Counted from the first letter of the stretch, positions 9,499-19,041 are shown. The stretch: DNA of 64,000 nt from Microbacteriaceae bacterium (GCA_036510655.1 DATCDQ010000008.1:5101-69100), one strand, 5' to 3'. Made by a program: numbers and translations. Notes: generated by a model from the letters alone, not told the origin.

Positions 9499-9711
9499 TT
9501 ACTCCCGGCGCCGCAACCGGAACACGTCGAACAGCACGCGCAGCACAAGCAGCGCCGCGAGCACGATGAGCGTGTAGCCGAAGATCTGATACAGGCTCAG
9601 GGTCGGAGTGACCTCCGGCCCACCGCCGCTGATCAGCAGCAGTGTCGCCATGATGCCCGCGACGCCCGCCAGGAATGCCAGCACGGCCTCATTCACCAGG
9701 CTGCGGATCAT
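9499..9711 (-). CDS. Possible small membrane protein
   Basis: MIRSLVNEAVLAFLAGVAGIMATLLLISGG...IFGYTLIVLAALLVLRVLF gives two predicted TM helices. No homology recognised. Confidence 0.3.
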   Translation of the reverse strand: MIRSLVNEAVLAFLAGVAGIMATLLLISGGGPEVTPTLSLYQIFGYTLIVLAALLVLRVLFDVFRLRRRE

Positions 9712-9755
9712 GCCTCGGTCGCGGCGGTCCTTCCATGCGTTGAGCCTACGATGCC

Positions 9756-10988
9756 TCAAACCTTTGTCGACGCCGTCACCGTGAACTTCTCGTTGCGACC
9801 GATCTGGCGAGTCGGGCCGACAAACCGGCGCAACATCTGTTGATAGGCCAGATGCGAGTTGAAGACTGTCCACAACTCGCCGCCCGCTGCGAGCACTCGG
9901 CCAGCGTCTTCGATGAGCTTCAACCCGGCGCTTGCGTGCACGGCCGTGCCCACATGAAAGGGCGGGTTCAGCAGGATCAGCTCTGCGGATGCATCCGGCC
10001 GGCTTGCCAACGCGTCATCGCGTAGCGCCGCGACCCGATCGGCAACACCGTTCGCCTGCGCGGTGGCTCGGGCGGATGCGATAGCCGCCGCCGACTGGTC
10101 CGTCGCCAGCACGCGGATGCCCGGGCGCGCTTTCGCGAGCGCGACCGCCAAGATGCCGGTGCCACATCCGAGATCGATGGCGGATGCCGCATCCGGCTTC
10201 GCCTGCTCGAGGAAGCCGAGTAGAAAGCGGGTACCGAGGTCGACAGTCGTGCCCGCGAACGCGGCGCCGTGGGCGCAGACCCACAGGTCAAGGTCGGCGT
10301 GAAACTCCCGTCGTGGCCACTCACCGTTGGCCGCGGCTTCCGGTCCCTGGGCTTGTCGAAGGGCGCGCGTATTGAGACCACCTCGCACGGCCCCCAGAGG
10401 GGTCTCGATACGCTCGTTCCTCGCTACTCGACCACCGGAGACCGTGAGCACCCGGGCCTTCTGGCGGGCGAGCCCTGCCTGCACGTCGCTGAGCGACACC
10501 GCGAGCACGTCGTTCATCGACCGAGTCATGTGCTTGAGCATTCCACCGGCATAGACGGTTACATCCTCGGCGGCGTAACGTGCGATGGTCTGGGCGAGCT
10601 CTTCCAGGGCGGCCAGGCTCTTCGGCAGCCGCAGGAGCACGATCCGAGCGCCGGCCAACAACTCGGCGTCGAGGTCATGCGACGTGTACACACCGTCAAG
10701 CCCGAATCGCGCCGCATTCTCAGCCAGCGCCCGTTCGCCGGTCAGCGGATCCTGATGCGCGCGGATGCCGCGCACCCCGTGCAGCGCAGCAGCCCCGAGG
10801 GTGAGCGCGCCGTAGTTGTCCCCGATCACGACGACCTGGCCGGGTGTGGAAACCGCAAGTGCGTCGGCCGCGACGTCAAGGATCAGCCGGTCGGCGGCAT
10901 CCGCTGCGAACAGGTTCGCCGCTTCAACGTCGGGATGCCGACGCAACGCGTCGAACGAGATCGGTACCGGTTCGGGAATTACTCTCAC
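9756..10988 (-). CDS. Two-domain class I SAM methyltransferase, RlmG/RsmC-like (rRNA m2G type)
   Basis: The C-terminal domain has IDLGCGTGILAVAL (motif I) and LILLNPPFH (NPPF/Y catalytic motif). The N-terminal domain is a non-catalytic duplicate. It carries an in-frame repeat-derived insert (see findings). Confidence 0.75.
   Translation of the reverse strand: MRVIPEPVPISFDALRRHPDVEAANLFAADAADRLILDVAADALAVSTPGQVVVIGDNYGALTLGAAALHGVRGIRAHQDPLTGERALAENAARFGLDGVYTSHDLDAELLAGARIVLLRLPKSLAALEELAQTIARYAAEDVTVYAGGMLKHMTRSMNDVLAVSLSDVQAGLARQKARVLTVSGGRVARNERIETPLGAVRGGLNTRALRQAQGPEAAANGEWPRREFHADLDLWVCAHGAAFAGTTVDLGTRFLLGFLEQAKPDAASAIDLGCGTGILAVALAKARPGIRVLATDQSAAAIASARATAQANGVADRVAALRDDALASRPDASAELILLNPPFHVGTAVHASAGLKLIEDAGRVLAAGGELWTVFNSHLAYQQMLRRFVGPTRQIGRNEKFTVTASTKV
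10335..10433. repeat. Composite dispersed-repeat insert inside the methyltransferase CDS
   Basis: Contains GGGTCTCGATACGCTCGTTCCTCGCTACTCGACC (10400-10433), nearly identical to the reverse complement of the intergenic copy at 38925-38958, plus GGTCCCTGGGCTTGTCGAAGGG (10342-10363), the CCCTTCGACAAGCTCAGG-family module. Confidence 0.85.
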
Positions 10989-11012
10989 GCGCCCACGCTA
11001 CCTTCCCGTGAA

Positions 11013-11342
11013 TTGCCCCAAATGACCCTTCGCAGCTTGACAATGCCCGTCGTGGGGCCACGCACGGGTCGGGGCATGCCCCGCGGCTGCGAGGCGCGCC
11101 GAATTCAGGCTGGATGCGACATTTTTGGCAGGTTGCTGCCGCGAACCCCCGGTTCAGCCTGAATTTGGTCCGCGGGATGGCCGTAGCGACGATTTCGCTG
11201 GTCGAATAGCGCATGAGCGCAGCGAATGCGCGTATCGAGTCCCACACAGCGACGCAGCAGGTCTCGAGCCGCCACCCCCTCGGTGAGGTGCGGACTTGTG
11301 TCGCTTCCCGCGCTTCGAGAGCGACCGAAGTCCGCACCTCAC
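11013..11342. repeat. Intergenic cluster of four different palindromic/dispersed elements
   Basis: TTGCCCCAAATGACCCTTC at 11013-11031 (a second copy at 41466-41484). AATTCAGGCTG...CAGCCTGAATT inverted repeat at 11102-11165. Family-A REP at 11200-11243. Perfect 16-bp-stem hairpin GGTGAGGTGCGGACTT/AAGTCCGCACCTCACC at 11282-11342. Confidence 0.85.
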
Positions 11343-11381
11343 CGGGGGATGGGGATCTGGGTGCGGACGGTTGTGCCCGGG

Positions 11382-12440
11382 TCACCGGGCCTTGCCGGTC
11401 GACCCGCGAACGACCAGGGTCGTGGCGAGCTCTTCGCGCAAGACGTTTGGATGCGCACCCGACCGGATGCGCAGCAGCATTCTCAGCGCCGCCGCACCCA
11501 TTTCGGCGATCGGTTGCTGCACCGTGGTGAGCTGCGGACGCATCCATTGTGCTTCGGGCAGATCATCGAAACCGACCACGCTGACTTCGTCAGGGATGCC
11601 AAGCCCGAGCTCGGCCGCCGCGTCGTACACTCCAAGCGCCATCGTGTCGGAGCAGGCGAAGATCGCGGTCGGCCGAGCTGCCGTTCGCAGCAGGTCAGCG
11701 CTCAGCGCGGCAGCATCCGCCCGTCGCCAGTCCGCGTGGACTACTCGGTCGGCGGGCAACTCGAGACTGCCGTTCAATACGGCCGACCGAAAACCGTCGA
11801 TACGAGCCTGGCTGTACAGGTGTTCTCGTCGTCCACCGATGACGGCAAACCGTGTGTGTCCGAGGGCGATGAGGTGTTCGGCCGCAGCACGCCCGCCTCC
11901 CCAGTTGGTGGCCCCGACGCTGGCGACCGATTCCGGAGGTTGGCGCACCGGGTCGAGCAGCACGACCGGCACGTTCGCCGCTGCGAGCGTCGCGAGTTGA
12001 GGCCCCGTCGTGTCGACGAGCGCCAGAACGGCACCGCGCAGATTTCGCGCGAGCAGTCGCGCGAGCCAAGCGTCGTCCGGCACGCGTGCGACGGAGACAA
12101 CCAGATCGACGCCGGCCTGCACTGCAGCGCTCTCCACGCCGCTGAGTGCACGGTTCGACCAGGTCCCTTCTACGCTGCTGAGCACGAGATCGACGAGTGC
12201 CGCGGTTCCAAGTTGTCCGACCGCACGTTGCCCTCCTGCGCGTAGCCCGCTTACGTCGTGCCCGACGGCGCCATTCCCCGGTCGCCGCCGGTAGTCGACC
12301 TCCTCAAGGATGCCCATGATCCGCGAGCGCAGTTCAGCCGACACATCCGCTCGACCGTTGAGCACTTTCGACACGGTGGGGACGGTCGTTCCGGCTCGCC
12401 GAGCGACGTCCGCCAGTGTAATTCGACGACGTGCTGCCAT
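11382..12440 (-). CDS. LacI family transcriptional regulator
   Basis: N-terminal ITLADVARRAGTTVPTVSKVLNGR HTH followed by a periplasmic-binding-protein-like sugar-binding domain. Confidence 0.9.
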   Translation of the reverse strand: MAARRRITLADVARRAGTTVPTVSKVLNGRADVSAELRSRIMGILEEVDYRRRPGNGAVGHDVSGLRAGGQRAVGQLGTAALVDLVLSSVEGTWSNRALSGVESAAVQAGVDLVVSVARVPDDAWLARLLARNLRGAVLALVDTTGPQLATLAAANVPVVLLDPVRQPPESVASVGATNWGGGRAAAEHLIALGHTRFAVIGGRREHLYSQARIDGFRSAVLNGSLELPADRVVHADWRRADAAALSADLLRTAARPTAIFACSDTMALGVYDAAAELGLGIPDEVSVVGFDDLPEAQWMRPQLTTVQQPIAEMGAAALRMLLRIRSGAHPNVLREELATTLVVRGSTGKAR

Positions 12441-12628
12441 AGCCGGACACTAACAAGCTCACGAGTGTTTGCGCAACTTTGAATCTGATTATGGATTGAC
12501 TTCCCTCATAAATCGGAATAGAAATGCGTGGTGAGGAATCAGTGCACAGCCGAAGTTGCGCAAATTTCAAACGCGGCGAACATCACCTCAACACCTTAAA
12601 ACTTCAACACAATGAAAGGGGGCAGCCC

Positions 12629-13726
12629 GTGGGCCAGCCGCTGAGAATCGGGATCGTGGGAGTCGGCGCAATCTCCGGCGCATATCTCTCCACCTTCGAA
12701 CGACTGGAGGCCGTGCGTCTGACCGCGATCGCCGACATCGATGCGGCGCGCGCCGCATCCGTTGCCGCCGAACAGGGCGTGCGTGCGCTCGCGGTCGACC
12801 AACTGATCACGTCTCCTGACGTAGACCTCGTGCTCAATCTCACGATTCCGGCCGCACACGCCGACGTCGCGTTGAAGGCGATCGCCGCCGGCAAGTCCGT
12901 TTACGGCGAGAAACCCCTCGCAGCCACGCTCGTAGACGCACGAGCCGTCATCGATGCGGGCCGCGCTGCCGGCGTGCGCGTCGGATGCGCGCCCGACACC
13001 GTGCTCGGCACGGGTGTGCAAACCGCCCGACAGTCGATCGACAACGGCGCGATCGGCACCCCGATTGCGGCAACGGCCACGATGGTCACGCCCGGCCACG
13101 AGCGCTGGCATCCGAACCCCGACTTCTACTACCAGCCGGGCGGCGGCCCTCTGCTCGACATGGGGCCGTATTACGTGACCGCCCTCGTCACTCTGCTCGG
13201 CCCGGTCGAATCCGTGATCGGCGCCGCGAGCCACACGCGAGCGACGCGCACGATCGGTTCGGGTCCGCGCGAAGGTGAGGCGATTCCTGTGGACGTCGAC
13301 ACCCATGTTACCGGTGTGCTTCGTCACGAATCCGGCGCGCTGTCCACGATCGTCATGAGTTTCGACGTCGTCGCCAGCCGCGCCTCGAACATCGAGGTCC
13401 ACGGGCCGGCAGGCTCGATTATCGTGCCGGATCCGAATGGATTCGACGGCAGCGTCCTGCTGCACGAACTCGGCGGAGAATGGCACACTCTGGCGCCGAG
13501 CGCAGGCTACCGTGACGCGTCGCGCGGTTACGGCATCGCCGACCTTGCGACAACCGCGCCGGACCGGATGCCGCGGGCGAACGGCGACCTCGCATATCAC
13601 GTGCTCGACGTCATGACCTCGCTGCTCACCTCGGCCGCGTCTGGCCGGAGCGTCGTGGTTGAGAGCTCCTGCGAACGCCCGGCGGCCGTGCCGTTGTCGG
13701 ACGCGCCCGGCGGCATCCGCCGCTAG
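12629..13726 (+). CDS. Gfo/Idh/MocA family oxidoreductase
   Basis: LRIGIVGVGAISGAY Rossmann start and EKPLA motif. The GTG start at 12629 is preceded by AAAGGGGG. The ORF is open from 12524. Confidence 0.85.
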   Translation: MGQPLRIGIVGVGAISGAYLSTFERLEAVRLTAIADIDAARAASVAAEQGVRALAVDQLITSPDVDLVLNLTIPAAHADVALKAIAAGKSVYGEKPLAATLVDARAVIDAGRAAGVRVGCAPDTVLGTGVQTARQSIDNGAIGTPIAATATMVTPGHERWHPNPDFYYQPGGGPLLDMGPYYVTALVTLLGPVESVIGAASHTRATRTIGSGPREGEAIPVDVDTHVTGVLRHESGALSTIVMSFDVVASRASNIEVHGPAGSIIVPDPNGFDGSVLLHELGGEWHTLAPSAGYRDASRGYGIADLATTAPDRMPRANGDLAYHVLDVMTSLLTSAASGRSVVVESSCERPAAVPLSDAPGGIRR

Positions 13727-14607
13727 TCGCTGATCGGAGCCGTCTCACACACGCTGGGCTCCAATGCGAAGCTCGCGCTCAGTGTCGCATCGCCGGCGAG
13801 AGTCAGCGGGCCGAGGGAGCCGGCATCCGCGTCGTAAGGCCGCGAAGCGGGCTCGAGCGCAATGGTGTCGACACGCCCCCACCACGGGAAGCCCGCCGTG
13901 TCGCGATGTTCCTGCCAGACATAGAGATAGGGAAACAATTCCGGGTTCCAGCGCAGCACGATAGCGGTGCCCGTGTCGTCGTTATGCAATCTCACGGAAC
14001 TGCGCCCGGCGGCCGGCACGGTGCAGAATCCCGAAAAACTCTCGTCCGCGTCAGGGAACACGAGCTCGATCTCATCTCCGTCGATCGACAGCGATGAGCG
14101 CGGACCGATGAGCGCGCCGCTGAGTGCGGGATGCTCGGTCCAACTGAACGCGATGTCACGCCCGGACAGATTGGTGATGCTCTGCGTCACCTGCAAGCCG
14201 GCGCTCGTCGCCGCGAGTCGGCGTCGAACCGCGAACGGAACCGTCCGCAGCACGATGTCGAACGTGCACGAGGTTGCATCACGTTCGGTCAATCGCCAAG
14301 GTCGCCAGGCGGCCTCGCCGTGGAACGGATGCTGTACGCCGTCGAGCGTACGAGCGTCGCCTGCATGGGGCAGTAGGGTATGCCATCCGCCCGCGTAGCG
14401 CCGGTGCCATTCCTCGTTCGAGCGATCGGATGAGTATCCGCCGGAGAAATCCTCGCCTGCCCACGGTGTAGCGAGTAGAAATTCCGTTCCGCTGGCCGCG
14501 TGAACGAGCGACGATACGCGAGCACCGAGTCGGTCGACGGCCACGGCGAACGTGCCATCGACCGAGGCCAGCAATACCTGCCTATCGGGACCCTGATGAC
14601 CGCTCAC
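13723..14607 (-). CDS. Aldose 1-epimerase (galactose mutarotase-like) family protein
   Basis: 294 aa with a mutarotase-like pattern (HPFHGEAAWRPW, SWTEHPAL). 4-nt overlap with the upstream ROK gene. Its stop overlaps the stop of the convergent gene. Confidence 0.6.
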   Translation of the reverse strand: MSGHQGPDRQVLLASVDGTFAVAVDRLGARVSSLVHAASGTEFLLATPWAGEDFSGGYSSDRSNEEWHRRYAGGWHTLLPHAGDARTLDGVQHPFHGEAAWRPWRLTERDATSCTFDIVLRTVPFAVRRRLAATSAGLQVTQSITNLSGRDIAFSWTEHPALSGALIGPRSSLSIDGDEIELVFPDADESFSGFCTVPAAGRSSVRLHNDDTGTAIVLRWNPELFPYLYVWQEHRDTAGFPWWGRVDTIALEPASRPYDADAGSLGPLTLAGDATLSASFALEPSVCETAPISD

Positions 14608-15896
14608 CGAAAGCTGTTCTGCCGCGTGCGCCGCACAGACGGCGCGAAGGACGCATGGAAGATCGTCGAGGCCGCACCGAGGGCGCCTGCCTCCAACTTC
14701 AAGAGTGAGCGTTGCACGGACACGTGACGGGCATGGTATGCCGTCGGCATTGAGTTCACCGCACGATCAATGGTCGTCACGACGATCTCTTCGAGTTCCG
14801 GCTCGAATGCGGGGCCGCCGATGACAAGCAACGGCAGGTCGAGAAGGTCGATCAACGCGACGGCGCCGAGCGCGATGACGTCGGCGACCTGATGCGCGGC
14901 CGCAACAACGGCCGGATTCGTCGCACCGACCTCGGCGCAAAACTCCTTGTAGGTGCGGGCCGCCCCCGCATAGCCCAACTCACGAGCAATTTCCGGGATC
15001 GCAACGGGAGGGTTGCATTCGCGCACCAGCTGAGGTCGCCCGGCGTCATCGATGCGGCCGAGGCGTATGGCGCAGAGTTGGCCGAACTCACCCGCGTTGG
15101 CGCTGAAACCGCGGTACGTTTCGCCGTTGAGCACCAGCCCGGAGCCCATACCGGTTCCGAAATACAGGTAGACAAAATCGCCTGCACGCTCGGTTCGGCC
15201 GATCCATCGTTCCCCGACCGCGGCCGCCGCACCGTCTTTCTCCACGACAACGGGGCAGTCGAGGCGTTCTGCGAGCAGGGATTGCAGCGGAACATTGCGC
15301 CAGGCCTCGGAAAGCGGAAGGTCCAGAAGCTCACCGTCCGCGGTGATCGGGCCGGGTACGGCGACGCCGACGCCGAGGAAAGTGCTCCGGTCGATTCCGG
15401 ATGCGTAGACCACATCATGCACGCAACCTGCGATGAGCTCGACGAGTGCGGGCGGCGCGATCTCCCCGTGCAACGGAACAGTTCTGCGTTCGACCATTCG
15501 GCCGTCCAGATCCGCCAAGACGACCGATATCAACTCAGGGTCGACGAGGATGCCCACTGCGTGCGCCGCTTCGGCGCGCAGACGCACCGGAGTACGCGGC
15601 TTGCCCAACCGTTCGGTACGCTCCTGGGCGCCTTCGACCAGGAGGCCGCGCTCGAGAAGCACGCGCAAGATCCGTGAAACGGACTGTTGCGTCAGCCCAG
15701 TCTGCTCGGATATTTCCGTTCGACTGATTGTGCCAGCTTGTCTGATCGTTTCGATGATTGTGGACTCATTGAATGACCCGAGATCGTATTGATTCGCACC
15801 CGGCTGCTTCCGGCCACTCAGCGAGCGCGGATTCCGCGTCGCATACGGCCGGATGCTGCTCAGCGGTCGGGTGGCGGGGTCGGTCAGTTTGCTCAC
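14604..15896 (-). CDS. ROK family transcriptional regulator
   Basis: N-terminal wHTH IIETIRQAGTISRTEISEQTGLTQQSVSRILRVLLERGLL followed by a ROK sugar-kinase-like domain. The in-frame GTG at 15896 overlaps the upstream stop (GTGA). Confidence 0.8.
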   Translation of the reverse strand: MSKLTDPATRPLSSIRPYATRNPRSLSGRKQPGANQYDLGSFNESTIIETIRQAGTISRTEISEQTGLTQQSVSRILRVLLERGLLVEGAQERTERLGKPRTPVRLRAEAAHAVGILVDPELISVVLADLDGRMVERRTVPLHGEIAPPALVELIAGCVHDVVYASGIDRSTFLGVGVAVPGPITADGELLDLPLSEAWRNVPLQSLLAERLDCPVVVEKDGAAAAVGERWIGRTERAGDFVYLYFGTGMGSGLVLNGETYRGFSANAGEFGQLCAIRLGRIDDAGRPQLVRECNPPVAIPEIARELGYAGAARTYKEFCAEVGATNPAVVAAAHQVADVIALGAVALIDLLDLPLLVIGGPAFEPELEEIVVTTIDRAVNSMPTAYHARHVSVQRSLLKLEAGALGAASTIFHASFAPSVRRTRQNSFR

Positions 15897-17149
15897 GGCG
15901 CCTCCAGCGCTCCATCTGGGCGGCGAACGCCCGCGGCCCAGGCGTCGTGTCCGGACAGCTCTGCTGGATAGTGTGCCGCCTTTTCCTCGTCGATGTCGAT
16001 CCCCCAACCCGGGGCGTCGTTCGGGAACAGCCAGCCGTTTGTGATGCTCAACGTGCCGGGGAAAACCTCGTGGGTGGCCTCGTTGTACACGTGGCCCTCC
16101 TGGATTCCGAAGGCGACCGACGACACGTCGAGCGCGACGTTCGCGGCCGCACCGATCGGCGACGTGTCGCCCGGTCCGTGCCATGCGGTCTTGACTCCGC
16201 AGAGTTCCGCCAGATCCGCGACCTTGCGTGCCGGGGTGAGTCCGCCGATGTCGGATACGTGGCTACGGATGAAGTCGACGCCGCCGTCGCGGACGAGCCG
16301 CACGGCATCCGTCAGCGATGTCGTCAGCTCGCCCACGGCGAGCGGGATGGGACTCGCCGCGCGCACCTCGGGCAGTCGGTCCCAGTGCTCGGGCGGCAGC
16401 ACATCCTCGAGGAAGAACAGGCGATACGGCTCGAGAGCGCGGGCCAGCCAGACAGCGTCTTTGGGCGTCAACCGAGAATGCACGTCATGCAGGAGCTCGA
16501 TGTGGTCGGGCAGGGCGGCACGTGCGGCCTCGAACAACCCGGGAACGCGCCGAAGGTAGTCCCGCGCACTCCAGCCGTTGGAGTAGGGGGCGTTCGGGTA
16601 CTCCGTCGGCAACGCCGGTGCCCCGTATCCGCCCCCGCCCGGCGTCGACAACTGCAAACGGATGTGCCGCCATCCGTCCTCGATGAACCGGTGCGCCTGA
16701 GCTATGGCTTCTTCGGCCGTGCGTCCGGCGGCATGGATGTAGGTGTCGGCAGCGGCGCGCACCTTTCCACCCAGCAGTTCGTGCACCGGCAGCCCGGCCC
16801 GCTTGCCCGCGATGTCCCACAACGCTTGATCAACACCAGAGATGGCATTGTTCGTCACGGGTCCGCCTCGCCAGTATCCGGTGTAGCCGATCAGTCGGGT
16901 CAGGTCGCCGATGTCACCGGGGTATCGACCGATCAGCAATCGCGCGACATGCTCATCGACGTAGGTCTGCACAGCCTTCCACCGCTGGGTGAATGTGGCG
17001 CAGCCGAGCCCGTAGAGGCCGGGCACATTCGTGTCGATCCGCACGACCACGAGCGCGGTATTTTCCGGCGCCGTCGTGATTGCACGCACGGACGTGATCC
17101 GGATGTTCTCTCGCGCCGGCCACGGGTTGGCGAACGTGTCGATGGGCAT
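15893..17149 (-). CDS. Enolase-superfamily dehydratase, D-mannonate dehydratase (ManD/RspA)-like
   Basis: ITSVRAITTAPENTALVVVRIDTNVPGLYGLGCATFTQRWKAV together with the mandelate racemase/muconate lactonising enzyme C-terminal barrel. The start is ambiguous (17149, 17167 or TTG 17173). Confidence 0.75.
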   Translation of the reverse strand: MPIDTFANPWPARENIRITSVRAITTAPENTALVVVRIDTNVPGLYGLGCATFTQRWKAVQTYVDEHVARLLIGRYPGDIGDLTRLIGYTGYWRGGPVTNNAISGVDQALWDIAGKRAGLPVHELLGGKVRAAADTYIHAAGRTAEEAIAQAHRFIEDGWRHIRLQLSTPGGGGYGAPALPTEYPNAPYSNGWSARDYLRRVPGLFEAARAALPDHIELLHDVHSRLTPKDAVWLARALEPYRLFFLEDVLPPEHWDRLPEVRAASPIPLAVGELTTSLTDAVRLVRDGGVDFIRSHVSDIGGLTPARKVADLAELCGVKTAWHGPGDTSPIGAAANVALDVSSVAFGIQEGHVYNEATHEVFPGTLSITNGWLFPNDAPGWGIDIDEEKAAHYPAELSGHDAWAAGVRRPDGALEAP

Positions 17150-17188
17150 GGGTGGTGGGCCTTTCATACTCAATAGTGCTACGGAAAC

Positions 17189-18070
17189 TCACAGGCCGTC
17201 GGGAAGGTCGAGCGTGTGCAGGTCGAGTTCGTGTCGTGCCTCGAAGCCGATGAGCTCGCGTGCGGGCGTCAGATCCATCGGAACCTCGCGTTCGACGAAG
17301 CGCCGACTTCTCGGGGTGTCGGGCACGAACGCGTCCAACATGTCCTCGGTTTGATACGGCGCATTCGTTCGATTGGCCGCAAGGAAGAACGCGTGGGCGC
17401 CTTTCGTCTGGGCTGTGAGGCCGAGCTCGATGGCTCGCGCCGCATCCCGGGTGTCGAGGTAGGACCAGGCTTCGCGAATTCCGGCACGCGGATTCAGCTG
17501 CAGTTGCCGTGACTGCTCCAGCAGGTTGTCGACACTGTTCACGTGAGGGAACCGCAACGTGATCACGTCGATTCCCCACCGCCGCCACGCCATCCGCGAC
17601 GTGTTCTCGTCGTTGAGCTTCGACAGGGAGTACCAATCGCCGATGTCGACCGGGATGCCGGCGTCGAGCGGAAAGTACGCTGGCGTCACCTCGTGGAAGT
17701 TTTGCGGAAGGCCGTATGCGTTGATGCTGCCCGCGACCACGGCTCGAGTGATTCCTCGTTCCCCGGCCTGCGCGAGAACGTTGAATGTCGACGCCACGTT
17801 GGTCGTGTACACCTCGTATGCGGGCGCGATGTCACGGTGCGCCAGCGCGGCGAGGTGCACCACGAAGTCGACGCCGTCAAGTGCGTCGGCGACATCCGCC
17901 TCCGAACGAGTGTCGCCGATGATCACGCGGTCCGCGACCAGCAACGGGTTTTCGCGGTCGGACAACGCGGTGACTTTCGCTCCGAGCGCCGTGAGATGCT
18001 CGGCTGTCACCAAGCCGATTCGCCCGGATGCTCCGGTAACGAGCACTCTGGCGTCTGAAAGATTGCTCAT
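17189..18070 (-). CDS. NAD-dependent epimerase/dehydratase (extended SDR)
   Basis: MSNLSDARVLVTGASGRIG glycine-rich loop. The ATGA start/stop overlaps the upstream permease. Confidence 0.8.
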   Translation of the reverse strand: MSNLSDARVLVTGASGRIGLVTAEHLTALGAKVTALSDRENPLLVADRVIIGDTRSEADVADALDGVDFVVHLAALAHRDIAPAYEVYTTNVASTFNVLAQAGERGITRAVVAGSINAYGLPQNFHEVTPAYFPLDAGIPVDIGDWYSLSKLNDENTSRMAWRRWGIDVITLRFPHVNSVDNLLEQSRQLQLNPRAGIREAWSYLDTRDAARAIELGLTAQTKGAHAFFLAANRTNAPYQTEDMLDAFVPDTPRSRRFVEREVPMDLTPARELIGFEARHELDLHTLDLPDGL

Positions 18071-19041
18071 CCTTTGATGCCTCCGGCCGAACTGACGCCG
18101 CGCAGGAACTGCTTCTGGAAGATCGCGAACAGAATCACTGGGATGATGATCGTCAGGAACACCGCAGCCATTTGCACGGAGAATGGTTGCGATGTTCCGT
18201 TGGCGAAGCCGCCGAGCGTCACCGAAACCGGCTGAAGGTTCGGATCGGTCAGCACCAGCATCGGCCAGAGGAAGTCCTTCCACGACGCCACGATCGTCAG
18301 CAGGGCCACGACGCCGATGATGGGGCGGGAGAGCGGGATCACCAGGGTGGTCAGCACACGCAAGGGTCCAGCGCCGTCGATCTTGGCCGCCTCGATCAAC
18401 TCCCGAGGGATGGAATCGAAGAAGCGCTTGAGCACGATGACGTTGAAGGCGCTCGCGCCCGCCGGCAACCACACCGCCCAGAACGTGTTCTGCAGGCTCA
18501 CCCCGATAACCGGCATGTGCAGGATCGTCAAATAGAGCGGCACAAGCGAGATCACGCCGGGAAGGAACAGCGTGGCGAGCACTGCGCCGGACAGGACTGG
18601 GCTCCATTTCGGGCGCAGCACACTCAGCAGGTAGGCGCCGGTCGTGCTGATGAACAGCGTGGAGATCGTGCAACCGACGGCAACGATGACGGTGTTGCCG
18701 AGCGATGATCCGATCTGAGCGCCGTTCCAGGCATGCACCAGGTTCACCCAGAAGACCGGGGAGAACCAGATGCCCGTCGGATCCGTGATGATCTGCTGGC
18801 TCCCAGATACGGCCGCTCGCGCCGACCAGGCGATCGGGCCGAATCCGGCAACCAGCAGCCCGATGAACATCAGGATCTGGATGATCCACATGCTGGCCTT
18901 GACGATCGGGCGCTTGCGGTCGGCAGACGAGATCGCCCCCCGCTCCTTTGCGACGACAAGTTTCTTTTTCGCCCGGGGTACCGCGTCCAGCACCGCTGGC
19001 TCGACAAGGCTGACGGTGACTTGTGTACCGATCGCGCTCAT
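18067..19041 (-). CDS. Carbohydrate ABC transporter permease (MalG-like)
   Basis: EAA-loop region ELIEAAKIDGAGPLRVLTTLVIP. The start at 19041 has GGAG 7 nt upstream and overlaps the upstream stop (ATGA). Confidence 0.85.
   Translation of the reverse strand: MSAIGTQVTVSLVEPAVLDAVPRAKKKLVVAKERGAISSADRKRPIVKASMWIIQILMFIGLLVAGFGPIAWSARAAVSGSQQIITDPTGIWFSPVFWVNLVHAWNGAQIGSSLGNTVIVAVGCTISTLFISTTGAYLLSVLRPKWSPVLSGAVLATLFLPGVISLVPLYLTILHMPVIGVSLQNTFWAVWLPAGASAFNVIVLKRFFDSIPRELIEAAKIDGAGPLRVLTTLVIPLSRPIIGVVALLTIVASWKDFLWPMLVLTDPNLQPVSVTLGGFANGTSQPFSVQMAAVFLTIIIPVILFAIFQKQFLRGVSSAGGIKG

Noticed and set aside
9499-9873. The full 124-aa ORF as a gene.
   Set aside because: The N-terminal 54 codons are Arg/Asp-rich and overlap the 3' end of the methyltransferase gene. 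Only the distal 70 codons (9499-9711) look like a membrane protein, and even that call has low confidence.
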